A DNA stretch of 64,000 nucleotides from an uncultured Acidimicrobiaceae bacterium. GTDB taxonomy: Bacteria > Actinomycetota > Acidimicrobiia > Acidimicrobiales > Ilumatobacteraceae. The stretch covers positions 117,924-181,923 of the forward strand of contig CAWGTY010000014.1 in the NCBI GenBank assembly GCA_963825605.1, given 5' to 3'. Position numbers and translations under genes: made by a program. Positions 47,673-57,575 of the stretch are shown piece after piece (position 1 is the stretch's first letter; each line of letters begins with the position of its first letter). The notes beneath the pieces were generated by a model. It worked only from the letters and a program-made list of their open reading frames with translations, was not told the DNA's origin and ran no database searches.

Positions 47673-48833
47673 TCAGCTCGCCGAGCGGTCGGTGACGAGT
47701 ACGTCGAGGATCTCGGCGGCTCGCCATCGGAGTTGGCCGCGGGGGCCGTCGCTCGCTTCGGTCAGGATTCCGAGATCGGCGAGGAGGCGGAGTGCCGCGA
47801 GTGCCGAGGGGCGGGTGATGTCGAGACGACGTTCGACCACTCGTGAGGTGAGCACCGGCTGTTCGAATGCGAGCTCGACGAGCTGGTTGGCCGATCCGCG
47901 TGTCGTGTCTTGCACCATCGACCGGTACCGCTCGCGGAGGTCTGTGAGCTGTTCGGCGCGTCCGACGGCGTCGGTTGCTTGTGTCGTGACCGCGTCGAAG
48001 AACAGCGACAACCAACCGTCGAGATCGCCGCGTTCACGCACACCCTGGAGCGCCTCGTAGTAGAGGTCGCGGCGCTGCTCGAAGTAAGGAGAGATGTAGA
48101 GCAGTGGTGCGGCAAGCCGGTCGCGCACGACGAGGAAGAACACGACGAGGAGTCGCCCGAGTCGCCCGTTGCCGTCCAGGAACGGGTGGATGGTCTCGAA
48201 CTGGTAGTGGAGCATGGCTGCTTGGACGAGCTTCGGCATCGGGGGTTCATCGTGGACGAATCGTTCGAGGTCGTCGACGAGGTCGCCGAGCGCGTCCGGG
48301 GGTGGTGGGACGAACCGTGCGGTCTCGATCGTCGCGCCGGGCGCCCCGATCCAGTTCTGCGTGGATCGGAACTCGCCGGGTTGGCGCTCTCGACCGCGGA
48401 CGCCGGCGAGGATGATCGCGTGCATCTCTCGGATCAGTCGTGCGCTCAGCGGCAGGGTCGCGAGTCGCTCGAGACCGGTTTCGATGGCGGCGACGTAGTT
48501 GATGACCTCCTCGACGTCGGGGCCGGCGGGGCGATCGTCGGCCTCGGCGTCGTACACGTCGGTGAGTGATGCCTGTGTGCCCTCGATGCGGGTGGATGCC
48601 ACTGCCTCTCGGCGGAGGTACGGGCCAACCAGCAACTGTGGGTGCGGGAGCAGTCTCCCGGCGCCGGCGAGCCGGCCGAGTGCGGCCTCCGCGTTCGCCA
48701 TAGCAGAGACATTGGCCGCCGAGATCTGGACCGTGCGTGGGATCGGGTTCGGCAAGTAGGCCACGTACCCGTGTACGCCCGGTGTTCTGCGTGCCTCGCC
48801 GAAGGGCGTCGAAGCGTAGGCCGCTGGGTCCAT
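47673..48833 (-). CDS. Fic family protein (class II, internal inhibitory helix) with C-terminal HTH-like region
   Basis: HPFLDGNGRLGR active-site motif; N-terminal STRIEG inhibitory motif; PGEFRSTQNWIG. Confidence 0.92.
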   Translation of the reverse strand: MDPAAYASTPFGEARRTPGVHGYVAYLPNPIPRTVQISAANVSAMANAEAALGRLAGAGRLLPHPQLLVGPYLRREAVASTRIEGTQASLTDVYDAEADDRPAGPDVEEVINYVAAIETGLERLATLPLSARLIREMHAIILAGVRGRERQPGEFRSTQNWIGAPGATIETARFVPPPPDALGDLVDDLERFVHDEPPMPKLVQAAMLHYQFETIHPFLDGNGRLGRLLVVFFLVVRDRLAAPLLYISPYFEQRRDLYYEALQGVRERGDLDGWLSLFFDAVTTQATDAVGRAEQLTDLRERYRSMVQDTTRGSANQLVELAFEQPVLTSRVVERRLDITRPSALAALRLLADLGILTEASDGPRGQLRWRAAEILDVLVTDRSAS

Positions 48834-48939
48834 TCGGCCAGGCTAGCCGTCTCTAAAGAAACTGACCGTTCGCTTTCGAGTCGTGTCGGGACTGGCAAGG
48901 AACCCTGCGGGTCGCTTCGGTCACCGAACTCGGCGCGGC

Positions 48940-49768
48940 CGTGAGTGTCGGGGTTGCCAGCCGCGCTCGTCGAGGAGCTTCTGGAGGTTGCGCTTGGGCT
49001 TGTGGGTGGTCCGCGCGACCTCGACGATCGCCTCGAAGCGTTCAGGTACCTCCGCCGCCGCGGCGAGTCGTTCGACGCGTGCCATCAGCTCGACCGCGGC
49101 GGCGTACGCCTGGTTGTACTTCGCGTCGGCGAGATCGAACGCCAGCAGGGTCGCGTCCGGCGACTCGACGACGTCGGGTGTGACTCGGTCGATCCGGAGG
49201 AGCAGTTCGCCGGTCGATCGGTTCTCGACGACGAACGGTGGTTGTCGTCGGCGGTCGCAACTCCTGGGAGATCGAGCGATCCCATGACGAGGGAGTCCGA
49301 GAACGCCTCGACGCGCTCGGTCCCCACCTGCGAGTCCAGCTGCCCGATCACGGCGCCGGTGTCCGGATCGATCAGCGCGAACTGGCCGTCGCCCTGGCGC
49401 AGGAGCTCCGTTCCGTCGTCGGAGGCGACGAAGTTGTCGGTGCCACCCGGGAGCGTCAGGCACACCCGGAGACGGGATCGATGTCACAGCCGGCGAGCTG
49501 GGTTCGTCCGCCGGTCAGCGGCCGGTACAGCGACCACGAGCTCGCCACCCGGGCCTCGCCCAGCGGGTGGGCGATCACGAAGCGGTCCCCGGCGAGGGCA
49601 GTGATCGGTTACTGGCCGACGACGGGCTGGCCGACGAACGCCCCCCCCGGTCGCCAGATCGAACAAGACGACGTGCGGCTCCGAGCCGGCGAGATCGACG
49701 GCGACGAAGGCACCGACGTGCTCGCTAGCGCTGATCGTGCCGACGCCGACCGCCCGGTCCTCAGTCAC
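48940..49768 (-). pseudogene. mosaic of relics: beta-propeller-like fragments and a SWIM-protein-like C-terminal fragment
   Basis: Short frames with FALIDPDTGAVIGQL and VVLFDLATG; LADAKYNQAYAAAVELM…RTTHKPKRNLQKLLD; no single long ORF. Confidence 0.35.
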
Positions 49769-52700
49769 ACGCGCGGCGTTGAGGCTCGTCGCCGGGGATG
49801 AGACGTTCCCATTCCTCCGATGTGAGCTCGCGGCTGGCGACCGCGCAGGCGCGCTCGACCCAGCGATCCGGGTCGAGCGGTACCCCGATCAGCTTGCCGG
49901 CCGTGCCCATCCAAAGCACGTCCGTCGACGCGTCGAACCAGCCCGGCTCGCCGACGAAGGTCCCGGTTCCGCTCCAGACGACACCCATCGGTTCGGCACG
50001 TTCGACGTCGAGGAGGCGAACGGTGCCGTCGATGTAGGCGAGCGCCACCACCGAACCGTCGCCGCTGAACCCGAAGTTCACGACCCGTCCGGTCACGCCG
50101 AGGTCCGTCACCTCGCCGGTCGGCACGTCGACGAGCACGGTGCGCGCATCGTCGGAGCCCATCACGAGCGTCGACCCCGTCGGATCGAGCGCCATCTCGT
50201 ACGTGAGGGGCGCGCCGGTCTCGACGTCGCCGGTCAGCTCCCCGTTCGCGGCGTACGCCCGGAGCACCCCGTCACGATCCGACACGAGCACGCCGCCGTC
50301 GGGTGTCGGGTGGGCCGCGATCGCCTCAGTCGTCTCGACCGTGAGGACGACCTCGGGATCGCCGCGCTGGAGGCGCGCGAGCGTGACCTCCTGTTGGCCG
50401 TCGGGCCGTTCACCCACCATCGCGAGCAGGTCGCCGTACCTGGTCGCCATCAGCGTGCGCCCGTCCAGCGGACCTCGCACGCCGGGGACGCTGCCCAGGT
50501 ACAGCCGGTCGGCCAGGCGCCCGTCCTCCCACCGCGCCGCCACGAACTCGCGCGACATCGCCCACACCCCGTCGGGCTCGGGGTAGGCGACGAGGGCCTG
50601 GAACCGGGAACCATCGGCATCGGTCAGCTCCGGCGACGAACGTGCGCCGGTCGCGAGCTCCACGACCTCGAGGGTCTGGCCGGGGATGTCGAGTGCCGCC
50701 GCCCGGCCGTCCGTGAACGCGACGTGGGCACCCGGATCGACCGTCCACGACCGCTCGACGAGCGCGCTGCCAGCGGGGTCGTAGACGACGATCACGTCCG
50801 GGAGGACGACCACGATCAGCCCGTCGGGCCGGATGAACGCATCCTCGTAGTCCTGGAGCGGCAGCAGGTCGGTGACCGCACCGGTCGCGGGATCGACCCG
50901 GAGCACGCCGCTCGGTGAGACGGCCATGATCGTCCCGTCCGGGCTCACCGATACGTCCGAGAACTCCACACCTGGTTGGGACGTGAGGTCGTGCACGATC
51001 GCACCGGTCGCAGGATCGATCACCATGATGCGACCGCCGAGGAAGCCGGCGACCAGGTTCCCGGCTCCCTCGTCGAACGCGAGCGCCGCTGCTCCGTCGG
51101 GTGTGTCGAGCTGGACGAGCACGTCGGCGGTGTCGGCGTCGGCGATCACGAGTCGTCCGTCGCCCTCGGGCGCCTCCGGCCGCGCAAACCCGACGGCGAA
51201 CAGCGACTCGTCGGCGTTCATCGTGAACGAGATCTGGAGGTCGTCGGTGATCGGTTCGCCGATGATCTCGCCGGTCGTGGCATCCCGCACCGTGACCGAG
51301 TCGGGCTGATCGAAGTCGAGCAGCCCGGTCACCACGAGGATGTTCCCGTCGGCGGTGCTCCAGAGCGGGAAGGTCGGCTCGTCGACCGGGAGCTCACGCT
51401 CGAAGTTCGGGCCGGTCCACAGGCGCGACAAGTCGACGGCGACGGCGACGGCGATGCCGCTGGGGCCGTTGCGCGCGCCCAACGCACACGGTGCCGGCGC
51501 GGGGATCTCGTCGAGCACCTCACCCGACACCGGATCCCGGCGCACGATCATCCTGTCGACGCTGACGACCTCGGACCCTTCGCGGAGGAAGAAGCTCGGC
51601 CCGCAGTCGCTGACGAGACGGTCGCGGGTGAGCACCCGGTTCGAGATCGTCGCTCCGCCGAGGGCATCGAGGATCGCCGTGTCGGTCGCACGACCCGGCG
51701 AACGACGGTGGGCCTCGAGGGCGAGCAGGAGCGCCAAGGGTGGGTCGTCCGCCTTGACGGCCGCGGCACGACTGATCAGCGTGGCGAGGTCCGCTTCGTC
51801 GGCGGCCACGGTCGCGGCCTCGGCAGCGGCCTCGGCCCGCTGCGTCTGGAGGTCGGCCCGGTTGCGCTCCTCGACGGCGATGTCGGCCTGGGTGACGGCG
51901 TCCGCCGCCGCGGCTTCGGCTCGGACGGTCTCCTCCTCGGCGCGCTGTCGCTGGACGACGGCGAACGTACCGGCCGCGAGTGCGAGCACCAGTGCGGCGC
52001 CGATACCTACGACGAGTCGACGGAGGCGCCTGATCCGGCGTCGTTCCTCGACCCGCTCCATCTCCGATCGGGCGAACGACTCCTCGAGGAAGGCCCGCTC
52101 GTGCGTGGTCAGACGCACCGGGGCTCCGTCGATCCACCCGTCGTACCTCGCCAGCCGGTTGCCGGCGAGCAGGTCGCCGGGATCGCGGCCACGCTCCGAC
52201 CAATCGGCCGCTGCGGCGGCGAGCTGGCGCTGGGCCACGACGTCCGCCCGCCCAGCGTCGACCCAGCCCGACAATCGGCTCCATTCGGAGAGCAGCGACT
52301 CGTGCGCGACCTCGACGGTCGGCGCGCGGGTGACGGGGTCGCGGTCGAAGGTGAGCAGTCGGTGACGGGCGAACTCGTCGATCACGTGGGTCGAGTCGGC
52401 GCCGGCCGCCGCGGCGACCTCGCGGACGAGCGCTCGGCGACGGGTGGCGGCCGATCCGTGGCCGAGCGTGACGAGGCGCAGGAAGACCTCGCGCGCCGCG
52501 TCTCGCTGCTCGTTCGTCAGCGACTCGTAGATCTCCTCGGCTCGTCGTGCCAACGCGCCCCCGACGCCGCCGACGTCGCGATAGCTCTCGACCGTGATCG
52601 TCGACCCGGTGCGCTGCTCGAACAGCTCAGTCAGCGCGTACTGCATGAGCGGCAGCCCGCCGGGCTGGCCCGACATGTCGGCGGAGATCGCCGTGACGAC

Positions 52701-54893
52701 GCCTGGTTCGAAGGCCACGCCGACCGACGCGGCCGGCGTGGTGATGGCACGCTCGAGCTCCTGCGGGTTCATCGGCGTGATGACCTCGGTGCCGATCCGG
52801 ACGAGCTCGCCGAACCCGGGATGAGCGAGTGGCTGATCGAAGAAGTCGGCCCGCAACGTCATGACGAACTTGACGGCGGAGTGCCGTGCGGTCGTGGCGT
52901 CGACCACGGCGGACATGAACGCTGCGGCCACGTCTCGTGGCACCTGGGAGAAGAGCTCCTCGAGCTGGTCGATGATGACGACGACGTGGGATGTGTCGTC
53001 GGGTGCGACGAGCTCGGCCGTTGACGCGATGCCGTCGGTCCGCATCCGCTGGGCCAGGTCGGTGGGCGGGTCGATGGCGACGGAACGCATCGCGTCAGCG
53101 AGCTCCTCGAAGGGCTCGCGCCCAGGAGTCATCGACACGACGAACCACTCGTCGGAGGCTGGAATCGCACGTAGCCGGAGGGCGGGGATCAGCCCGGCGC
53201 GGACCACGCTGGACTTGCCGGACCCGCTCGGGCCGACGACCACGACGAACCGTCCCTTCGGGCCGGCGTAGCCGAGCCGCGCGAGCAGTCGCTCGACGAG
53301 CCGCTCGCGACCGAAGAAGCGCTGCGCATCTTCCTCGTGGAACGCGCGGAGTCCCCGGTACGGGTTCGGCGACTCGTCGGCCTTGACCGTCACGACCTCG
53401 CCCCAGGCGGCGCTCAATTCCCTCGCGAACGTCGCCGCGTCGGGGCAGCGATCGGTCGAGTCGGCGCGTCGGTTGCGCTCGATCAGCTCACCGGCCGCGC
53501 TTCGGGGATCGGCACCGCCGACGAGGAGGTCCGCCAGCTCCGCAAGAGCGGTGATGTCGGAGGCCACGGTCGGTTCGACCGTCGATTCGCGGTCGTGGCG
53601 GTCGTCGCCGTCGCGAGCGGACAGACCGAAGTCGGCGAGATAGGCGTTGCCGTCGCCGTCGAGCAGGACGTTGCGAGGCGTGATGTCGCCGTGCGCGATC
53701 CCGAGCCGATGGGTCGCGGTGAGCGCGGCCCCCACCTGTTCGATGATGCGGGCGGCGGTGTGCACGTCGAGCGGACCGCCGCGCAACGTCTCGTCGAGGC
53801 TCCCGCGCCCGAACCTTCGCATCACCAGGAACGCGCGGCCGGGTTCTCGCCAATAGTCGTAGACGGGGACGATGGCCGGATGCTCCAGGTGCGCGACGAG
53901 GCGAGCTTCGGCTTCGAATCGTCGGATGAAGTCAGCGTCGTCGGCGAGCTCCGGGCGCACCACCTTGATCGCCACCTCACGTCCGACGGAGGGTTGGAAC
54001 GCGCGATAGACGTCGCCCGTGGCGCCGACGCCGATCTTGTCGCGCAGTTCGTACCCGCGGACGGACAGGCCGTCGTTCGTGCTGCCGGTCGCCGGCGCCC
54101 CGGTCGGGAGCCGCAGGCGTGGGTCGTCGTCCAGGACCTGTCGTTCGAGCTCGACGAGTTCGGCGGACGGGTCGAGACCGAGCTCCTCGCCGAGGTACGT
54201 GCGTCGGTCGCCGAAGGCGCGCAGAGCATCCGCCTGGCGGCCGGACCGGTGGAGGGCAAGCATCAGGAGTGCCGTGAACCGTTCGTGTGACGGGTGGAGC
54301 CGAACGAGGCCGTCCAGTTCCGCGATCAGGTCACGGTGCCGCCCCGTGCGGAGATCGGCGTCGATTCGATCGCCAGCCGCAGCCAGTCGCCGTTCCTCGA
54401 GCCGTGCGATCTCGGCTGCCGCGAACTGTTCGTAGGTGAACTCCTGGAGTGCGCGTCCGCGCCAGAGGGCGAGGGCCTCGCTCAGGACGAGCGACGCCGC
54501 ACCGGGGTCGGCGTCGAGCAGCGCACGTCCTTCGCGGGCGAGTGCGTCGAATCGGTGCGAGTCGACGCGTTCGGGGTCGACCACGAGCACGTAGCCCGGC
54601 GGCCGCGTGAGGAGGACCGAGCCGTCACTGCGCTTCTCGCGACCGGGTTCGAGCACCGACCTGAGTCGCGAGATCTGGACCCAGAGGGCGTTCTGACGGT
54701 CAGGGCCCGCATCGTTCCCCCACAGCTCGTCGATGATGCGGTCGGTCGAGACCACGCGATTCGCTTCGATCAGCAACAGCGCCAGCAGCGCACCCTGGCG
54801 AGCGCCGATCCCCAGCGAGCGGCCGCCGCGACGGACGTCGAGCGGCCCGAGCAGCCGATACTCGATCGCGTCCTTCCCGATGTCCTCACTCAC
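49761..54893 (-). CDS. giant multidomain regulator: wHTH-BTAD, Ser/Thr (pseudo)kinase, nSTAND1 NTPase, TM helix, WD40-like propeller
   Basis: YRLLGPL…ALALWRG (SARP/BTAD); GxGxxG, VAIK, HGD, DFG (kinase); NPYRGLRAF…FFGRE, GPSGSGKSS, IDQLEELF, LPLMQYAL, VAHESLL (nSTAND1); hydrophobic VVGIGAALVLALAAGTFAVV; C-terminal W…AC…LT…EW. Start GTG 54893. Confidence 0.9.
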   Translation of the reverse strand: MSEDIGKDAIEYRLLGPLDVRRGGRSLGIGARQGALLALLLIEANRVVSTDRIIDELWGNDAGPDRQNALWVQISRLRSVLEPGREKRSDGSVLLTRPPGYVLVVDPERVDSHRFDALAREGRALLDADPGAASLVLSEALALWRGRALQEFTYEQFAAAEIARLEERRLAAAGDRIDADLRTGRHRDLIAELDGLVRLHPSHERFTALLMLALHRSGRQADALRAFGDRRTYLGEELGLDPSAELVELERQVLDDDPRLRLPTGAPATGSTNDGLSVRGYELRDKIGVGATGDVYRAFQPSVGREVAIKVVRPELADDADFIRRFEAEARLVAHLEHPAIVPVYDYWREPGRAFLVMRRFGRGSLDETLRGGPLDVHTAARIIEQVGAALTATHRLGIAHGDITPRNVLLDGDGNAYLADFGLSARDGDDRHDRESTVEPTVASDITALAELADLLVGGADPRSAAGELIERNRRADSTDRCPDAATFARELSAAWGEVVTVKADESPNPYRGLRAFHEEDAQRFFGRERLVERLLARLGYAGPKGRFVVVVGPSGSGKSSVVRAGLIPALRLRAIPASDEWFVVSMTPGREPFEELADAMRSVAIDPPTDLAQRMRTDGIASTAELVAPDDTSHVVVIIDQLEELFSQVPRDVAAAFMSAVVDATTARHSAVKFVMTLRADFFDQPLAHPGFGELVRIGTEVITPMNPQELERAITTPAASVGVAFEPGVVTAISADMSGQPGGLPLMQYALTELFEQRTGSTITVESYRDVGGVGGALARRAEEIYESLTNEQRDAAREVFLRLVTLGHGSAATRRRALVREVAAAAGADSTHVIDEFARHRLLTFDRDPVTRAPTVEVAHESLLSEWSRLSGWVDAGRADVVAQRQLAAAAADWSERGRDPGDLLAGNRLARYDGWIDGAPVRLTTHERAFLEESFARSEMERVEERRRIRRLRRLVVGIGAALVLALAAGTFAVVQRQRAEEETVRAEAAAADAVTQADIAVEERNRADLQTQRAEAAAEAATVAADEADLATLISRAAAVKADDPPLALLLALEAHRRSPGRATDTAILDALGGATISNRVLTRDRLVSDCGPSFFLREGSEVVSVDRMIVRRDPVSGEVLDEIPAPAPCALGARNGPSGIAVAVAVDLSRLWTGPNFERELPVDEPTFPLWSTADGNILVVTGLLDFDQPDSVTVRDATTGEIIGEPITDDLQISFTMNADESLFAVGFARPEAPEGDGRLVIADADTADVLVQLDTPDGAAALAFDEGAGNLVAGFLGGRIMVIDPATGAIVHDLTSQPGVEFSDVSVSPDGTIMAVSPSGVLRVDPATGAVTDLLPLQDYEDAFIRPDGLIVVVLPDVIVVYDPAGSALVERSWTVDPGAHVAFTDGRAAALDIPGQTLEVVELATGARSSPELTDADGSRFQALVAYPEPDGVWAMSREFVAARWEDGRLADRLYLGSVPGVRGPLDGRTLMATRYGDLLAMVGERPDGQQEVTLARLQRGDPEVVLTVETTEAIAAHPTPDGGVLVSDRDGVLRAYAANGELTGDVETGAPLTYEMALDPTGSTLVMGSDDARTVLVDVPTGEVTDLGVTGRVVNFGFSGDGSVVALAYIDGTVRLLDVERAEPMGVVWSGTGTFVGEPGWFDASTDVLWMGTAGKLIGVPLDPDRWVERACAVASRELTSEEWERLIPGDEPQRRACD

Positions 54894-54945
54894 GTCGACC
54901 CCCGAGTCGCCTTCATCGTGCCACGGTCCCGTCCGGTTGGCCGGC

Positions 54946-56166
54946 TCAGCCGGACGGGACGAAGCCCGGCGTGTCCACGTCGATCGCCACGAGCGCCGGC
55001 CCGACACCGGTGCTGAACGCCTCGATGTTCGCGAGGTTGGTCGCGTACAGCGTCAGCTCGGTGCCGCCGATCCCGAACGCGATGCTCGCCGGCAGGTCGA
55101 GCCCAGCAGCGGCCCCCTCCGCCAGCGTCTCGATGCTGCCGTCCAGGCCGACCCGCCGGATGGCGCTCCCGCCGACGTCGGCGACGTAGACCCGTCCGTC
55201 GGCGCCGAGTGCGATGCCGTCGGGGATGATGCCGCCGTCGACGATGGTGCTGACCTCGCCCGGGCTGCCGTCGTCCAGCACCGGGATCGCGACGAGTGAC
55301 ATGCGTTCGGTCACGGCGGCGTACACCGTGCCGTCGCCGAAGGCGACGCCGTTGACCCCGGCCGGGGTGCCGAGCCCGAAGGCGCCGGTCCCACCGAGGG
55401 CCTCGTCCTCGAGCCACTTCTCGACGGTGCCGTCGGGGCCGATTCGCCAGATCGCACCCAGCGGAGCAGCCTCGTCGCCGTTCGACCAGAAGTCGGTCAC
55501 GTACAGGTTGCCCAGGTCGTCGAAGGTCAAGGCGTTGGGAATGGCGATGTCCTCGGTCCCGGCGAGCCGGGTGGCTGCTCCGGTTCGGCAGTCGAACCTC
55601 CACACACCGGTCGCCGCGCCGGCGTGAACGGCGCCATAGACGTTGCCGGCGTCGTCGACGGCGAGGCCGAGGAGGCCGAAGATCCCGGCCCACTCGAAGC
55701 CAGGGACTACGCCGAAGTCCTCGTACTCGCTCGCTCCGGGCGCGAGCTTGAGGAGGCGACCCTGATCGACGAGGGTGACGAAGACGTTGCCTGATCGGTC
55801 GACGGCCACGCCCTCGGCGAACTCTCCGGCGGCGGGGTCGAGCGCGGCGACGATGCCGGCCGGCTGGGTGGCTTCGTTCGGCGTCGGTTCCGGACACGCC
55901 GGATCCGGCTCCGTCGTCGGCGGAGCCGTGGTCGGTGGAGCCGTCGTCGGTGCGCTCGTCGATTCGACGGCGGGCTCGGTGCCGGCCGTCGTCGTGGCGA
56001 CGGTGGTCGAGGCTGCGGCGACGTCGTCGGTCGCATCCGTGTCGGCGGTGATCGCCGTCGTGACGGCGTCCGCGGTTGCCGGCTCGTCGTCGCCGCCACA
56101 GGCGGCAGTCGCCACGATGAGCGCGACAGCGGCGGCTGCGCCCGTGAGCCCGTGAGATCGGTTCAT
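54946..56166 (-). CDS. SMP-30/gluconolactonase/LRE family lipoprotein
   Basis: Lipobox TAAC, Thr/Pro linker, six-blade motifs AEGVAVD, PNALTFD, VNGVAF, PDGIAL, PASIAF; start ATG 56166. Confidence 0.85.
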   Translation of the reverse strand: MNRSHGLTGAAAAVALIVATAACGGDDEPATADAVTTAITADTDATDDVAAASTTVATTTAGTEPAVESTSAPTTAPPTTAPPTTEPDPACPEPTPNEATQPAGIVAALDPAAGEFAEGVAVDRSGNVFVTLVDQGRLLKLAPGASEYEDFGVVPGFEWAGIFGLLGLAVDDAGNVYGAVHAGAATGVWRFDCRTGAATRLAGTEDIAIPNALTFDDLGNLYVTDFWSNGDEAAPLGAIWRIGPDGTVEKWLEDEALGGTGAFGLGTPAGVNGVAFGDGTVYAAVTERMSLVAIPVLDDGSPGEVSTIVDGGIIPDGIALGADGRVYVADVGGSAIRRVGLDGSIETLAEGAAAGLDLPASIAFGIGGTELTLYATNLANIEAFSTGVGPALVAIDVDTPGFVPSG

Positions 56167-56227
56167 GGTCTCGTCCTTCCCTCCGGTCCCGAACCGTTCG
56201 GAACACGAGGGTGATCGTCCCCGAGTC

Positions 56228-56245
56228 CACTTTCTGCCCACTTGC
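56228..56245. promoter_or_regulatory. 11-bp-period direct repeat, candidate SARP/BTAD operator of the SMP-30/STAND operon
   Basis: CACTTtctgccCACTTgc, ~60 nt upstream of ATG 56166; 16/18 identical to 12378-12395. Confidence 0.55.
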
Positions 56246-56289
56246 GTGCATCTGCCCAGCTCAGCCGGGTTGTGGACGACGCGACGGCG

Positions 56290-57108
56290 GGGATTACGCC
56301 GACGAGATCGTCCGCTCCGGCTTCCCTGCTATCCGGCAGTTCGACGGTCGGTTGTTGAGGGCGCAGTTGGACGGATATCTCGATCGGATCGTCGAGCGCG
56401 ACTTCGAAGAGCTCGGACAGGTGGTGCGCAATGTGGGGGCGTTGCGACGGTGGCTGACGGCGTTCGGTGCGGCGACCTCGACCGTTGCGTCCTACGACGT
56501 GATCCGTGATGCAGCGTCGGCCGGTGAGGCGCAGAAACCGACCAAGCGACGACGATCCCGTACCGTTCCACGCTCGAACGCCTCTGGATGATCGACCAGG
56601 TGCCGGCGTGGTCGCCGACTCGGAACCGGTTGCGTCGGCTCGCGGGCGTCTCCGGTCCACCAACTCGCAGATCCGGCACCGGCGGTTCGGCTGCTCGGGC
56701 TCGAAGCCGATGCACTCGTCGGCGGGGCCGACGGTTCGGCGCGAATCCCGCGCGAAGGTTCGTTGTTCGGTTCGATGTCCGAATCGCTGGTCACGCAGTC
56801 AGTTCGCGTGTACGCCCAGGCGAACGAGGCACACGTGTCGCATCTGCGAACACGCGGCCCGTACGCTTTCCAGGTGTGGCGGCGAACGAGAGATCGACCT
56901 GATCGTCGAACGCGGCGACGGACGAGTCGTTGCGCTCGAGGTCAAGCTGTCGGCTGCGGTCGTCGACGCCGACGTTCGACACTTGCACTGGCTCGTAGAC
57001 CGACTCGGCGACGAACTCCTTGACGCAGTGGTCGTCACGACTGGACCAGAGTCCTACCGTCGCAGCGACGGCATCGCGGTCGTCCCGGCTGAGGTGATTG
57101 CGCCGTGA
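56290..57108 (+). pseudogene. AAA_14 + DUF4143 ATP-binding protein, 5'-truncated with multiple frameshifts
   Basis: SGFPAIR…YLDRIVERDF; LADPALA-like segment; ESLVTQSVRVYAQA; EIDLIVERGDGRVVALEVKL spread over three frames. Confidence 0.8.
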
Positions 57109-57187
57109 GGGCAGCACAGCCGGATCAACTGGTCGTTGGTGTCGGAGTGCCCCGCGCCCGGGTGAATCAGGATGAACGCAGTTCCGA

Positions 57188-57206
57188 CGTGCAACATCCG
57201 TGCAAC
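57188..57206 (+). repeat. 11-bp-period direct repeat, candidate integrase arm-type site (right arm)
   Basis: CGTGCAAC at 57188 and 57199; same motif and period as 47595-47613. Confidence 0.65.
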
Positions 57207-57377
57207 AACGGGCTCGTTAAACGACCGCTCTGGCATGCGGCGCCTCAATTGTCTGACGCCGTGACCTGGTCGAACGTCGGGAGCGACATCTCGCTCAGCG
57301 CTGAACATCAGCCTCATGACCTGCCCTGCAGCTGAGAACGATCTGCCCCGGTAAGGTCGCTGCTACCAGGGCCAACA

Positions 57378-57422
57378 GAGCGGATGACGGGAATCGAACC
57401 CGCGTTCTCAGCTTGGGAAGCT
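57378..57422 (-). mobile_element. att-type duplicate of the 3' half of tRNA-Gly(CCC), copy 2 (not a full tRNA)
   Basis: Minus strand AGC-TTCCCAA-GCTGAGAAC-GCGGG-TTCGATT-CCCGT-CATCCGC-TC; 5' half absent. Confidence 0.88.
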
Positions 57423-57542
57423 GCCCGACGGGTAGGCGCGTCGGTGCAGCGTGAGGCACATCATGCCTGCTCAGCGGCGGTTTCGGAGTTGGCGACGAGT
57501 ACACACAGGTCCGCACCATTGCGCCCTGTTCCGCGCTGCTCT

Positions 57543-57560
57543 AGGCACGAACCAGGCACG
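57543..57560 (+). repeat. 11-bp-period direct repeat, candidate arm-type site of the adjacent element
   Basis: AGGCACG at 57543 and 57554, ~120 nt right of att copy 2. Confidence 0.5.
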
Positions 57561-57575
57561 GCGGCCCCACCGTGC

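Larger units (their letters stand above)
47480..57422. mobile_element. ~9.9-kb integrated element bounded by tRNA-Gly(CCC) direct repeats, no integrase recognised
   Basis: 45-bp direct repeats (41/45 identical) at both ends; CGTGCAAC-N3-CGTGCAAC and TTCCGACGTGC inside both ends; cargo of Fic, STAND regulator and relics. Confidence 0.75.
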
